Assembly: GCF_006345805.1 (NCBI RefSeq)
Contig: NC_042998.1
Location: 92,380,001 to 92,444,000, forward strand
Direction: 5' to 3'
DNA: 64,000 nt
DNA from: Octopus sinensis
Lineage: Eukaryota
The notes beneath the pieces were generated by a model. It saw nothing but the letters and a program-made list of their open reading frames with translations, did no database searches and was not told the DNA's origin. Positions 1-12,594 of the stretch are shown in pieces. Position 1 is the stretch's first letter; every line of letters starts with the position of its first letter. The translations under genes were made by a program, and so were the position numbers.

Positions 1-265
1 TAGGTGTCTTCCACTATAGCCCCGAGCCGACCGGAGCTTTGTGATTGAATTCGGCAGGTGGAAGTTACTGCCGTGTGTGTATGTGTGCGTATAGCTGCTC
101 AGTGCCTCTCCGAAAGAGAGAGAGGGAGATATATATATATATTTGAAAATGTAGAGGTAACACATGACTAAGTAGATATTTATGAAAAAGAAGATTTAAA
201 ATGCAACTTTTTAAAAATTAGCTACATTTAAATTTCTTTATATAAATACCTTAAAAATGCTTTTG

Positions 266-303
266 TTTTACATGTTTCGGTTGTTTACAAACCTTATCAA
301 AAA
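266..303 (-). ncRNA. Minimal type I hammerhead-ribozyme motif with U3-A8 core variant
   Basis: Minus strand reads ttt-TTGATAA-GGTT-tgtaaac-AACC-GAAAC-AT-GT-A-aaa: 4-bp stem II, palindromic ACATGT stem III, GUA cleavage triplet, weak 3-bp stem I. Confidence 0.45.
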
Positions 304-767
304 TATGTACTAAAATGAAATATATAGAGAAAAAAAGTTATTAATAAAATAAACGTTCACAGTGGTTATTTCCATTAATTTTCACCTGGTAATTTCCATC
401 TTTACATTCTGAGTTCAAATTCTGTTGAGTCAACTCTGCCTTTCATCTTTTCAGAGTCAATAAAATGAAGTACCAGTTGAACACTGAGGTCAATGTAATC
501 AACTAGTTCCTAACCACTAAATTGCTGGTCTTACACCAAAATTTGAAACCATAATATAAGGTAGTGAGCTAGAAAAATCATTAGCATAATGCTTAGCAGC
601 ATTTGGTTAGTTTTTATGTTCTGAATTCAGGTAGATTTCTGCCTAGCATCCTTCTGTGGTCAGTGAAATAGCACCAGTTGAGCACTGAGGTCAATGTAAA
701 CAAATAGCTCTCATTTCCAAAATTTCAGGCCTTGTGCCTATATTAGAAAGGATTATTATTATTATTG

Positions 768-1307
768 AGTGAGAGAGCAGTGCATGCCATCAAAGTGACA
801 CTGGAGTAAAATATACGAAGCCCAGTATACCCATCATGACTACCCGTCTGATAAGGGTACACTAGGCACATGCATTACAACCATATGTGCGCGACAAGGT
901 GATCTCATATCAAGATAAATAGCACATGACCTTGCAGGTGGGGCCCAGTTGGAATTTTCTTCAGGTCGAGTAACCCATCCCACTCAAAAGGTCCCTGAAT
1001 AAAGGTTGTTTAAGGATGTTGAACGAAACACCCATGTTTCCAAAGGTGAATTATTCAAACCCCCAAGAATCCTTCTCAACACATGGCTATGATGCTCCCC
1101 CACTACTTCTGCTCGTGATCAAAAATGCACATATCGTCAGCCACTAAGGACATGCTCAACTGGCTAAGGTCAAACAACTGACAAGCAAATCTGTGGTATT
1201 GAGCAGAATATTTGCTGTAGCCCATCTTTTATACCAAGACAAAACAATGTACATGATAACACTTCCAATCAGTTAAGATCAGAAGCAATGAGAGCCACTG
1301 CCTGCTA
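768..1307. mobile_element. Unclassified interspersed repeat (about 540 bp)
   Basis: GC-richer block bounded by (ATT)n tracts on both sides. Resembles an abundant octopus repeat from recall; no second copy in the window. Confidence 0.4.
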
Positions 1308-4270
1308 CTGCATAAGGGCATTATTACTATTATTATCATCATCATCATCATCATTATTATTATTATTAGTATTGTTATTATCATCATTATTAATATTCCC
1401 TGCATTTATGCAACTTAAAGCTATTATATATGATCTCGCTAAAAATCTCTCTCAACTGTTTTTTTTTTATTTGATAAGAATACTGCAAATTGCCTGAGTC
1501 TAAATATAAACATTTACATTTTACCACAATAAAAAATGATTACCATATACTAGACCAAGTGTTCAGTTATTTTTCAAACTATTGTAATCCATAAACCTTC
1601 AATAATATTCATCATCATCAAAATAAGCTAGAGTATATTTTTAATTAACAACTGTATGTTATTTATGGAAATAAATAAGCATAAACCCTTTCTTTTTGTT
1701 GTTGTTACACAAATTAAGTTGCTGACACACTTATAAATAGTAGCTGAGCAACTTAAGTTCAAAGTGTAAGTTAATAAATAATTCATTTAAGGTTTGAGAA
1801 CTGAGATGCCCTTTAGCCAGGGGCAAAGTATAGCTATGATTGTGAGGATCGGTTATAATGCAAAGTGTTTATTAACATAGTATTTTTTCCCCTAATGAGA
1901 ATGGAAGTTAGTATACTAAAGAGAAATTAAGGCTATATGATACAGTTTTAAATAAGGTGTATCAACAAATGACTTTCAAAGTTCCAAGCTAGTTTATCTT
2001 CATATCCAAGAGTTCATTGCAACATATGTTTGAACTCACCTTCCCATTTGATCTTTCCTGGAAGAATTACATTTTTAATATTACTAAAATTTTGACATCA
2101 AATAATCAATAAATATTTTAACTAAGTAACTACTAGCATTTTGTAAAATATCAAAGGTAAGAAAGAATTTTTGGTTTGTTTTACTTTTTTTTTGTAACAA
2201 AGAATAAGCTAATGTTTATCAGGAGAATTTCATCAGTTATATTTGGATTTAGTACAATCTGGATTTATTAACTGATATCTAAACATATATAAATTATTAA
2301 TTCTTGGAAAAACATTTAAAGAATGCTGTTTAGCTCCAGAGTCATGACACAAAAATGTGAGAGAGAAGGTTTCCTCTAGTTAAGATCAACATTTCATCAA
2401 CCTTTGAGGATTATGGGTACTACCCATCTTTTCTGACCAACTAATAATAACATATAAAATGACATTTTCTTTTTACAATGAAACTGGATGAGGTGCTAGA
2501 AGGAGCTGATAAATTACCTCTTATTTAAAAAAAAAGGACACATTAGTCAATGAAATCCCTGACGTACAGAAAGACTGAATCATCATACATGGAATATGTT
2601 AGAAGAGAGACTGATCAATGGAGCTGAAAAAGAAACCCCACAACATCTTGTTGGGAATTCAGGTTTTAGAATAAGAGTTATCAAGTTGCAATCTAACTAA
2701 TACATCTTCCATTCAATAATAACATAAAAAGAAAAAGAAAAAAAAACTAAATCAGCTACTGCAGCTGTGGCAATATTGCTATTAAAGAACTGTATAAATA
2801 TAAGAGATTTAAAAAGTAAGACAGCACTGTAGATTTTAAAAGGAAAATATCATCAGGGCATTATTTAAGTTGTATTAACACATTTATATAACCAGGCTTC
2901 CTAGAAATGCAATTGTAATTTCCATTGCTATTTCCAGTTACTATTCTGTTCACATGTACAAACTAAGATAATTTTCAAAGCCTCATGACTCAATAGCCAG
3001 GCACTGCAAATATAGATGCCTTCAGAATTCTTTTATAGATAAATACTTTTCCTAACAGGATAGTGTTAACAAGTTGCCCATAAAACATGTTAGTGCTAAT
3101 AAGTTACTTGAAAAGCAGGTAAGAGTTAGCAGCAGGAATGGCATCTAACAATAAAATGCTACCTCAAATAAGTCCCCATCCAATCCAGACTAATATGGAA
3201 AAACAGACATTAAACAAACAAATGAAGTCAACATTTTAACATGTTAGTACAGCAGTTATGAAGAATTGTTACTGTATATGTTACAGAGATAAGGATCTTA
3301 GACCATAACCTGCTTTTATATGAAATGTAAACTTAGCAATTAAGTAATTTTACTCCCTTAGAAAATTATTTATTTTGTTAGCATAAATGAAATTCTTAGA
3401 AGAATTTCAACCTTGTTAGTTACAGTTTAAATTTCTAAATATTCAGTGGGTGTCTGGTATAACTATATTCAACTACAAGTTGTAAGATCATGGGGCTCAA
3501 ACACTGACTTCCATCAGATATAACCTTGAAAAGAATATAACATAACTGCAAATAGTTGAGTTCATAAGATTAATTAGGAAATACAACTAATAATCTTTTC
3601 CCTGTCAATTTCAGCAGTAAATAATGAAATGCACCAAACTTTCAACTAAATTAGAATTTAAAATGAATGCAGAACTCTATATATGCTAAATGAAAGATAA
3701 TAACGTAAGGCTCAAAATATTTTTTCCTAATTAACCAAAATGAAAAATGGAAATTTGACATTTAGTTGTTTTTCGATCCTAAGATTAAAAGTTGATTATT
3801 CATATTAAAAAAACAAAACCAAAAAATTATTTATTTATTTTCCCCTTCACTTAGTCATGTGAATTATGGAAAAATATGGATATATAGTATAAATGACAGA
3901 TACTGTATACATTAATACAGTTAAATTAAATTTTTTTTTTGAGAACTAATGTGGAATTTAACAAGTAATATGTAATATGTATAGTTTGAAATTAAAAGTT
4001 TTGGCCAGCTGAAACAGCTAATAAGAAACAGAACCCAAAAGTGAGTCTCTGGATGTTCAGTTTTTCAGTTTTATTTTGTGTAAGTCATAGGAATGAAACA
4101 ATTGGTTGTAACTGTTTGGATGCTAACAATTTGGCACAACTGACAGGAGATTTAACCTGTTTTGGTGGCAGGGTATGTTTGGCACTGGAGGCAAACACAA
4201 ACACTCACATATGCATGCACATACAGAAATAGATAGATAGATAGATAGATAGAAAGAAAGAGAGGGAGTA

Positions 4271-4515
4271 GAGAAAGAGACATTGTACATACATATAAAC
4301 ATCAGTAGATGCTCACATAAAAAACAGGAGTAGAGAGAGAGAGAGAGCAAGAGAAAGAGACATTGTACATACATATAAACATCAGTAGATGCTTACACAA
4401 AAAGCAGGAGAGTGTGAGGAGAAAGAGAAGGAGAGGAAGAGACAGTGTACATACATATAAACATCAGTAGATGTTCACACAAAAAATAGAAGAGTGAGAG
4501 AAAGAGAGAGAGAGA
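4271..4515. repeat. Minisatellite, 3 x about 80 bp
   Basis: Unit core gacattgtacatacatataaacatcagtagatgctcaca at 4279, 4359 and 4441, separated by AG-rich spacers. Confidence 0.85.
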
Positions 4516-4896
4516 TTAAAACATCTGATGTCAAATCAATCAGTGTAGAATCATTGATGCCAAATAAGCAGCACCTAAATGACTGTACCAAAATATCTCA
4601 TAGCCATATGATATTTGTGCTTACACCCACACAATTTCAAACTATGGATATGTATCAATAGTTATTTAACCCTTTAACATTCAAACCAGTCATATTCAGC
4701 CAAAATAGTCAACTTGTTTTATGGTCAAACTATGGTGAGGCTAGCTTTTCACACCTACTCTATTAAGTCTTTCCAAAAAATAAACACCCCCAACCATTGA
4801 AGTCTCACAACTACAAGATGATGCATAATGAATTCAAAACAATATTAACAAGAGCACTGAGAGAGCGCAAACCTCCTCTCAACGGTTAGCCAGAGA

Positions 4897-5762
4897 TCAT
4901 CATCATCATCGTTTAACGTCTGCTTTCCATGCTAGCATGGGTTGGATGATTTGACTGAGGACTGTCGAACCAGATGGCTGCACCAGGCTCCAATCTGATC
5001 TGGCAGAATTTCTACAGCTGGATGCCCTTCCTAATGCCAACGACTCCGAGAGTGTAGTGGGTGCTTTTACGTGCCACTGGCACGAGGGCCAATCAGGCAG
5101 TATTGGCAATGGCCACGCTCAAATAGTGTTTTTTACGTGCCACCTGCACAGGAGCGAGTCCAGTGACACTGGACCTCGCTTGAATGTTTTTTCACTTGCC
5201 AGTAAGGTGATGCTGGTAATGATCACACTCAAATGGTGCTTTTTACGTGCCACTGGTATGGAAGCCAGTTTGCTGATCTGGCAATGGATCATGCTCGGAT
5301 GGTGCTCTTAGCGCTCCACTAGCACGGATGCCAGTCATCGAATTTGATTTCAATTTCAATTTCACTTGCCTCAACAGGTCTTTGCAAGCAGAGTTTAGTG
5401 TCCAATGAAGGGAAGGTATGCATAAGTAGGCTGGTTACACCCCTGGCATAGGCCACGAAGTTACTGTCTCACTTGGCTTGCCAAGTCTTCTCAAGCACAG
5501 CATATTTCCAAAGGTCTCGGTCACTAGTCTTTGCCTCGGTGAGGCCTAATGTTCGAAGGTCATGCTTCACCACTTCATCCCAGGTCTTCTTGGGTATACC
5601 TCTTCCACAGGTTCCCTCAACCGCTAGGATGTGACACTTTTTCACACAGCTATTCTCATCCATTCTTGCCACCTGACCATACCAGCACAGTCGTCTCTCT
5701 TGCATACCACATCTGAAGCTTCTTAGGTCCAACTTTTCTCTCAAGGTACTTACACTCTGTCG
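4897..5762 (-). mobile_element. RTE-type LINE 3' fragment (ORF2 C-terminus, 3' UTR and (GAT)n tail)
   Basis: ORF 5469..5744 (RRLCWYGQVARMDENSCVKKC...GRGIPKKTWDEVV) matches the RTE C-terminal W.GHV.R / GRP.KTW pattern; same tail as the 24776..26955 copy. Confidence 0.85.
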
Positions 5763-5971
5763 AGATTTTTAAAATGAGAGAATCTGAAATAAACTCAACT
5801 GCTCTCACAAAAGTTCCATGTCACAGGACTGAACATTAGGAAGGACATGCAGTCATAGAAACAATGTAAAATCAGAGTGGAATTTGGTGCAGCCCCTCAG
5901 CTTACCAGCTCTGATCAAACCATCTAACCCATGCCAGTATGGACAATAGATGTTAAATGATGGTGAGGTAT

Positions 5972-6227
5972 GCATATATATGTATGTATATATATATATG
6001 TGTGTGTGTGTGTGTTTGTGTGTGTGTGAGTGTGTGTGTGTATGTATGAGTGTGTGCATATATATATATATATGTATGTGTGTGCATATATATACATATA
6101 TATATGTACATGTATGTATGTATGTATATATAGATATATATATATATGCATGTGTGTGTGTATATATATACGCGTGTGTGTATATATATATGCATGTATC
6201 TGTGTATGTATATATATATATATATAA
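5972..6227. repeat. Compound (TA)n/(TG)n microsatellite
   Basis: Alternating TA and TG dinucleotide runs; source of several spurious ORFs. Confidence 0.9.
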
Positions 6228-6511
6228 TAAACATTTATATCATGTGATTGACCAGACTATTGAAAGGCTAGTCCATTGCAGTGTTACCCATATACAGCTG
6301 AGTGGACTGGACTGCCATGAAATGAAGTGTTTTGTTCAAGAACACAACATGCTGGTCAGTCTGGGAACTGAACCCATTATCAAGTAATCATGAGTGCAAC
6401 ACACTAACCACTAGGCCATGCACCTTCACAATATACTTTTATGTATATACACAAAGGAACATACATATACACATATTTACATGCTCAAAACATATATGCA
6501 TATATATATGC

Positions 6512-6606
<95 letters not shown>

Positions 6607-6607
<1 letters not shown>

Positions 6608-7206
6608 TAGATGGAAGGAACCTGTGGAAGAGGTAGGACATATGATGAGGTGGTGAAGCATGACCTTCAAACACTGGGCCTCACAGAGGCAATGACTAGA
6701 GACTGAGACTTTTGGAGATATGCTGTGATTCAGAAGATCTGGCAACTAAAGTGCAAACGCAGCCATGGCCGATGCCAGTATTGCATGTCCAGCTCATTTA
6801 AGAGTACACTTGATGTATTGGGCAATATGATACGCTTGAGAAGACCTGTTGAGTTAAGTAAAATCGTAGCTGTGGCCAGTGCCCCCTGACATGTTGGTGA
6901 CATGTAAAAAGCACCATCCGAATGTAACTGATGTCAGTAACCCCTGACTGGTTCCCATGCTGGTGGCATGTAAAAGGCATTATCCAAACATGACTGATGC
7001 CAGGCTTGCCTGACTGGCTTCTGTGCTGGGTGCACGTAAAAAGCACTCACTACACTCTTAGTGTGGTTGGTGTTAGGAAGGGCATCCAGCTGTAGAAACA
7101 TTGCCAAATCAGATTGGAGCCGGTGCAGTTGCTGGCTCTCCAAACCTCAGTCAAACTGTCCAACCCATACCAGCACGGAAAACAGACATTAAACGATGAT
7201 GATGAT
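6607..7206 (+). mobile_element. RTE-type LINE 3' fragment
   Basis: ggaacctgtggaagaggtag...gatgaggtggtgaagcatga, shared 3' UTR, ending aaacgatgatgatgat. Inverted relative to 4897..5762. Confidence 0.8.
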
Positions 7207-7391
7207 GAGATAGATAGATAGCTCCTTCCCTCTGCTCCCTCACTCCCCTTCTCTCTCCCCCTCTCCCTCTTTCCTCCTTCCTCCCCCCTCCTCTTCTTCC
7301 CCTCCCCTTCTCTTTCCCCCTCTTCTTCTCCTCCCCCCCTTCTCCTCACTACACCACACGATGTTACACATCACATCATATATGATGTGCC

Positions 7392-7730
7392 ATACTAATA
7401 CATACACCAATTAATACATACTAATACGTACTAATACATACTAATACATACTAATACATACACCAACCCTATACATACACACGTCCAGACCCCGCATACG
7501 CACTTATACTCTCTCATACACACACACACACACACACTTATACATACTAATATGTACTAATACATACTAATACATACTAATACATACACCAACCCCATAC
7601 ATACGCACGTCCAGACCAATCCTACGCACTAATACTCTCTCATACACACACACACCCTTATACATACTAATACATACACCAACCCTATACATACACACGT
7701 CCAGACCCCTCCTACGCACTATTAGCTGGT
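7392..7730. repeat. Composite minisatellite, about 3 units with CATACTAATA sub-repeats
   Basis: Repeated caccaaccctatacatacacacgtccagacc...tacgcact motif interleaved with (CATACTAATA)n and (CA)n. Confidence 0.8.
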
Positions 7731-7894
7731 CCTTCAACCCTTTTATCAACCCTATTATCTCCCCTTATTTCGCTCTCGCGTCTCATGTTTGATCTTTGAC
7801 CTCTGGCCGAAATCAGATCGCCATGTTGATTTGTTAGCTACTGCACGCATTTTTTTTCTCTCCTTCTTTCTGTGTTTTTTTGTCTCTCTGTGTA

Positions 7895-7932
7895 TCTTTC
7901 TGTTGAAGAGTGTAGGCTCGAAACGTTAAAGA
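7895..7932 (+). ncRNA. Minimal type I hammerhead-ribozyme motif (position-6 variant) in a Penelope-like fragment
   Basis: TCTTT-CTGTTGA-A-GAGT-gtag-GCTC-GAAAC-GT-T-AAAGA: 5-bp stem I, 4-bp stem II, palindromic ACGT stem III. Confidence 0.5.
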
Positions 7933-8319
7933 CTTGTTTTATTTATATTTCCTGAGCGCCATACTAATACAATTGTTCGTTTGTTTTCCACCTGCCTTCG
8001 TCTTTTGTCTATTTTCATAAAGCTTCCCGTTAAGTATATAACTAGATAGATATATAAATATATATAGATATACGCACATGCATGCACAAACAGTGAGAGG
8101 GAGAGAGGTGGGTGAGAAATATTCCACTATAATTACATTAATTTTTGGATAAATAGCTGTCATTAACCCTAATTACCTGCTGTTATTTTTTCTTGCCATT
8201 TACTTATAAACAGACATCATCTCATGTAATTAACAAAAAAAGGAACAAACAAAAAGTAAAGAAAAATAGAAATTACAAAAACATTTCAGTTGAAGATTAG
8301 GTAATATTTTGTTACTGAC

Positions 8320-8495
8320 CAACAGAAATAATGACCATTCCCGCAGTCAACAGCTCGAGAAGTATCTTCTGGTATTTTAACGGTAGACAGTAACGAATTA
8401 GATCCTGTGTTATTTTCAATTTCTGGTAGGTGAACTGCTCTAGCACAACCTGGGTAAGGGCACCACTTCATAGAAGGATTGCTATCAACAAAAGC
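8320..8495 (-). CDS. ANKIB1: ANKIB1-like exon 7 of 7 (IBR, N-part): AFVDSNPSMKWCPYPGCARAVHLPEIENNTGSNSLLSTVKIPEDTSRAVDCGNGHYFC(W)
   Basis: 176 nt, phase 0-2. Acceptor ttttctttctctgtcatag, donor gtcagt. IBR ligands WCPxPGC...VDCGxGHxFC; overlaps ORF 8286..8471. Confidence 0.95.
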
Positions 8496-8539
8496 CTATG
8501 ACAGAGAAAGAAAATTGTTTTAGAAATAGTTCTTGAAAT

Positions 8540-8677
<138 letters not shown>

Positions 8678-11530
8678 AAGTAAATAAATAAAAAATAAAT
8701 AATATTCATCACAATAACTGATATGAAATAAAACAACAATCAATTATTCTGTTTAGTATTTATTTCACTTTGAAATATGCATATCACGTCAGTAATAATA
8801 ATGATAATCCTTTCTACTAAAGGCACAAGGCCTGAAATTTGGTGCGAGGGGACCAGTCAATAACATTGACACCAATACTCCACTGGTACTTAATTTATCA
8901 ACCCCAAAAGGATGAAAGGCAAAGTTGACCTCAGTGGAAACCGGAACGTAAGGACAGGCAAAATGCCACTAAGCATTTTGCCTGGCGTGCTAACGCTTCT
9001 GCCTGCACACATGCTATGTAAAACACTTTCAATACAGTAAAAATAAGAGCACCACAACAAACCACAGCACATACCCAAGGCACATAACTGTGCTCAGCAG
9101 TGCAGTGAAAACACGTGATTAAAAATAAGGCTATTGAAAAATAATAATAATAATAATGATGATAATTCTTCTTCATCATCATAATCATTTAATACCTGCT
9201 TTCCCATGCATGGTTCAGACAGAATTTGTTGAGGCAGATTTTCCACAGATGGAGATTCTTCCTATCTCTGACCCTTACCTGATTCCAGGCAAGATAATAT
9301 TTCCTCATGGTCAGACACATTTTCAGCAGAAGAGTAGGAATGAACATCACTTGTATGATGTTCACTTACACCTGTCACAAGAAGTTAAGACAAAGGTACA
9401 CTTGCAAAAACACACACACACACACACCACACACACATCATCATCATTTAATATCCATTTTCCATGCTGGCATGGGTTGGATGGTTTGGCAGGAGCTGGT
9501 AAGGCAGGGGTCTGTACCAGCATCCACTATATGTTTTGGCATGGTTTCTATGACAGGATACCCTTCCTAATGCCAACCACTTTACAGAGAGTACTGGGTG
9601 ATTTTTATGTGGCACCATCATCAGTGCATTGCATGTGGAACCCTTACCAGTGTTTTTTACATGGCACCTGCACCAGTACTTTCTATTTGGCACCATCCAT
9701 CACTGATGCTATTTACATGTCACCAGCACTGACAGAGTCACCAAATAACTTACAAGGCAAAATCCATTTTAGCTGAAAAGGGAGTTGTAGTGAGGGGGTG
9801 AGGTGGCTTTGTGCCACACACACACACACATATTAATGCGGTACATGAAAAGTGCACCCACCGCACTCTTGAAGTGGTTGGTGTTAGGAAGGGCATCCAG
9901 CTGTAGAAACCTTTCCAGATCAGATAGGAGCCTGGTGCAGCCTATCGACTTGCCAGTCTTCAGTCAAACCGTCCAACCCATGCCAGCATGGAAAATTAAC
10001 AGCAAATGATGATGATAATGATATACATAAATTAAAATATAATTAGCTTCCTAAATTTATTGTTCATCCCATTTCTCTCCATACATATCATGACATACAT
10101 TTGAGATCCAGCTTTTTATTTAGGTACATCTTAAAACCTTTTTGGTCAATTCTATTTTAAGTCACTTGAGCAGTTTATTACTTTTTCAGGTATGTAGGAT
10201 GAAGAACCTTAGTGTTCCTTAAGGGTAATTCTTTCTCAAGCCAACAGGTCCATTAAGCTGGAGCTTTTTCCAATTTACATGGTGTTTAAGTAACTGAGTT
10301 TATATGAATACCCTACTGAACATGATGCCACTGTCCCTCATTTTCAGCTGACAGAACTAAAACATCATGAAATGAAATGTCTTGCTCAAGAACAAGAGGC
10401 ACCACCTGGTCCAAGAAATGAACCTGTGACTTTATGGTTGTTAGCCTAACACTCTAACTATCAGGTCATACTATACTAAAAGTTAAAAACATATGAACTA
10501 AACCAACAGACAATTGTGTTGCATTGCTGATGAATGTATATTGAGGGAATGGAGTTCACTCTTTGGTTCTAACAGCAATGTCAGTATGCTGAAGGGAAGA
10601 AAGAAAAGTTCTTTGTCTAATGAAAATTGATGGGTGTCCCTTAATGTATAGTGAGAAATGATTTGATTGGATGATGGGGTGGGCAGTACTGAAAAGCTAC
10701 AGTATGAATAGCTGTAGCTATAACAACTACAGTGGAAACCTCAAACTATATGAAGGATCTATCTTCCTTCCTGACAAGATAAATTTCTAAACCATTTCTT
10801 CTATATATTATTTCAAGATGAAAAAAAAAACAGTTGTTAAACTTAAGATATAACTGTCATCATGAACTGAAATGCACTAAGGATTCTCCACCTATATGGT
10901 AACAAGTGCATTAAGTTTATTTTCTTTTAAAGAGTGAATCAGTGAATCAGTTCTTGGTGCATATCAATAAGGAGAAATAATGAAAAGATGGGTAAAAATT
11001 TGAGACATTTTAACACTGAAGCATGGTAACTGTTTAACTATTAAAAATGTAGAAAGTTTCCCAGATAGAGACTTTTATACTGAATAAAGTAAAGTTGAAT
11101 TTTATTGCAAAGTATGGTGCTACATAATTGCTTCAAACATGTTACATGAGAAAAATCGTTTTGAATATGCTAACGTTATATATAGATAAATTACTTCACC
11201 CTTTCATAAATGAGAATTAACTCAGTGCGGCTCACAAAGAAATAGCTGAAAATAGAATCACCTTTCTAGCAGTTATAACTTTATGGAATTTTTCCTTAAC
11301 TGAAGACTGTAGATCACAGAGTTTGTTCTTAACTGTTAGACCTCACATACCATAGATTTAATTCATATATAAAGTTATTCTTTATAGGTTTAAAGATCAT
11401 TGTTCATTCAATTAATGCATGTTTTTCTACGTTAGCATGGGTTTGGATAAAGAACTATTTGAGGTAGGATTCCACAGCTAGATGCTCTGTATGTCGCCAA
11501 CACATATCTATTCTACAAGTAAGGCATTTT

Positions 11531-11902
11531 TTTTTATTCCACAGGCCTTTAAATGCCAACAAGTGATGTCAACATTAACATCACTTCACTCAAACAGTGA
11601 CAAATCATCATCATCATCGTTTAACATCCGCTTTCCATGCTAGCATGGGTTGGACGATTTGGCTGAGGACTGGTGAACCAGATGGCTGCACCAGGCTCCA
11701 ATCTTGATCTGGCAGAGTTTCTACAAGATTGGAGCCTGGTGCAGCCATCTGGTTCGCCAGTCCTCAGTCAAATCGTCCAACCCATGCTAGCATGGAAAGC
11801 GGATGTTAAACGATGACGATGATGATGATTTGTCACTGTTTGAGTGAAGTGATGTTAATTTTGACATCACTTGTTGGCATTTAAAAGCCTGTGGAATAAA
11901 AA
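11531..11902. repeat. Near-perfect inverted repeat (176/179-bp arms, 17-nt spacer)
   Basis: 11531..11706 is the reverse complement of 11724..11902, with about 5 substitutions and one extra 3-nt unit. Confidence 0.95.
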
Positions 11903-12039
11903 GAAAATATTGAATATTAACATTCGCATACAGATTTTGTTTGTTTGTATATATGCATGCATGCATGTGTGTATATGTGCAGTATTTGGAATCAGTGCAT
12001 GTGCAGATTTGTATGTATTCTCATGCATATAGTTGCATG

Positions 12040-12590
12040 TCTAGATATGTGAATATATTTAAATGATAAACTTCTGGAAAGTTTTATAGATTTTTACAGT
12101 TCCATTGATGGCTGTGATCTGTAGTCTCTGAATCAGTTTTCCCCTTTCTGCTTTTGAGAAACCTAATTTCTCAAGATTGATACTTAGGTGGTGTGTTACA
12201 TATCCCAGTGTCTCAGTAGCTAAATGTATAAATCTGAACTTGTAATCTGGGTAGAGTAACTGTAGATTTCTCAATAGTTTAGCATAGGTATTTCCTTTTT
12301 CACTGATCTTTAGCTTTATGTTAACATCTGCTGGGTAGCTGATTTCTACAACTGTACACAGTTTCTCTTCTTTGTCCCAAAACACTATGTCAGCTCTATT
12401 ATGTTTACATTTTATTGAGGTTTTCATTGGAATATTCCACCAGTACTTATTATGAATGGCTATGGCTTCTACCATACTGCAGGTTCTTATTTCTTTGGCC
12501 TCAGGGTTGTCCTTTTAACAGATGTCATTATACAGTGTTTTAGCCACAATATCATGTCTCATCAGTAGATAATACTGTGATGACACTGTA
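12040..12590 (-). mobile_element. Non-LTR retrotransposon 3' remnant with restriction-like endonuclease (R2/R4/NeSL type)
   Basis: RHDIVAK (end of CCHC knuckle), then ORF 12059..12475 with KYWWNIPMKT...HNRADIVFWDKEEKLCTVVEISYP...SEKGNTY, an RLE PD-(D/E)xK-like signature. Confidence 0.8.
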
Positions 12591-12594
12591 TGTA

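Noticed and set aside
1288-1497. Leu/Ser-rich ORF resembling a signal peptide (also poly-V/poly-L ORFs at 8468..8743)
   Set aside because: Encoded by (ATT)n, (ATC)n and (AAC)n triplet repeats.
5853-6674. Many 60-145 aa ORFs rich in Y/I/C/V/H/T (also at about 27.2, 28.2, 35.4-36.0, 45.0 and 61.4 kb)
   Set aside because: They are translations of (TA)n, (TG)n and (AGAT)n microsatellites, which lack stop codons in some frames.
9156-9776. Longest ORF in the track (206 aa, plus strand)
   Set aside because: It runs through a mosaic of interspersed repeats and a (CA)n tract, with no domain signature or splice context.
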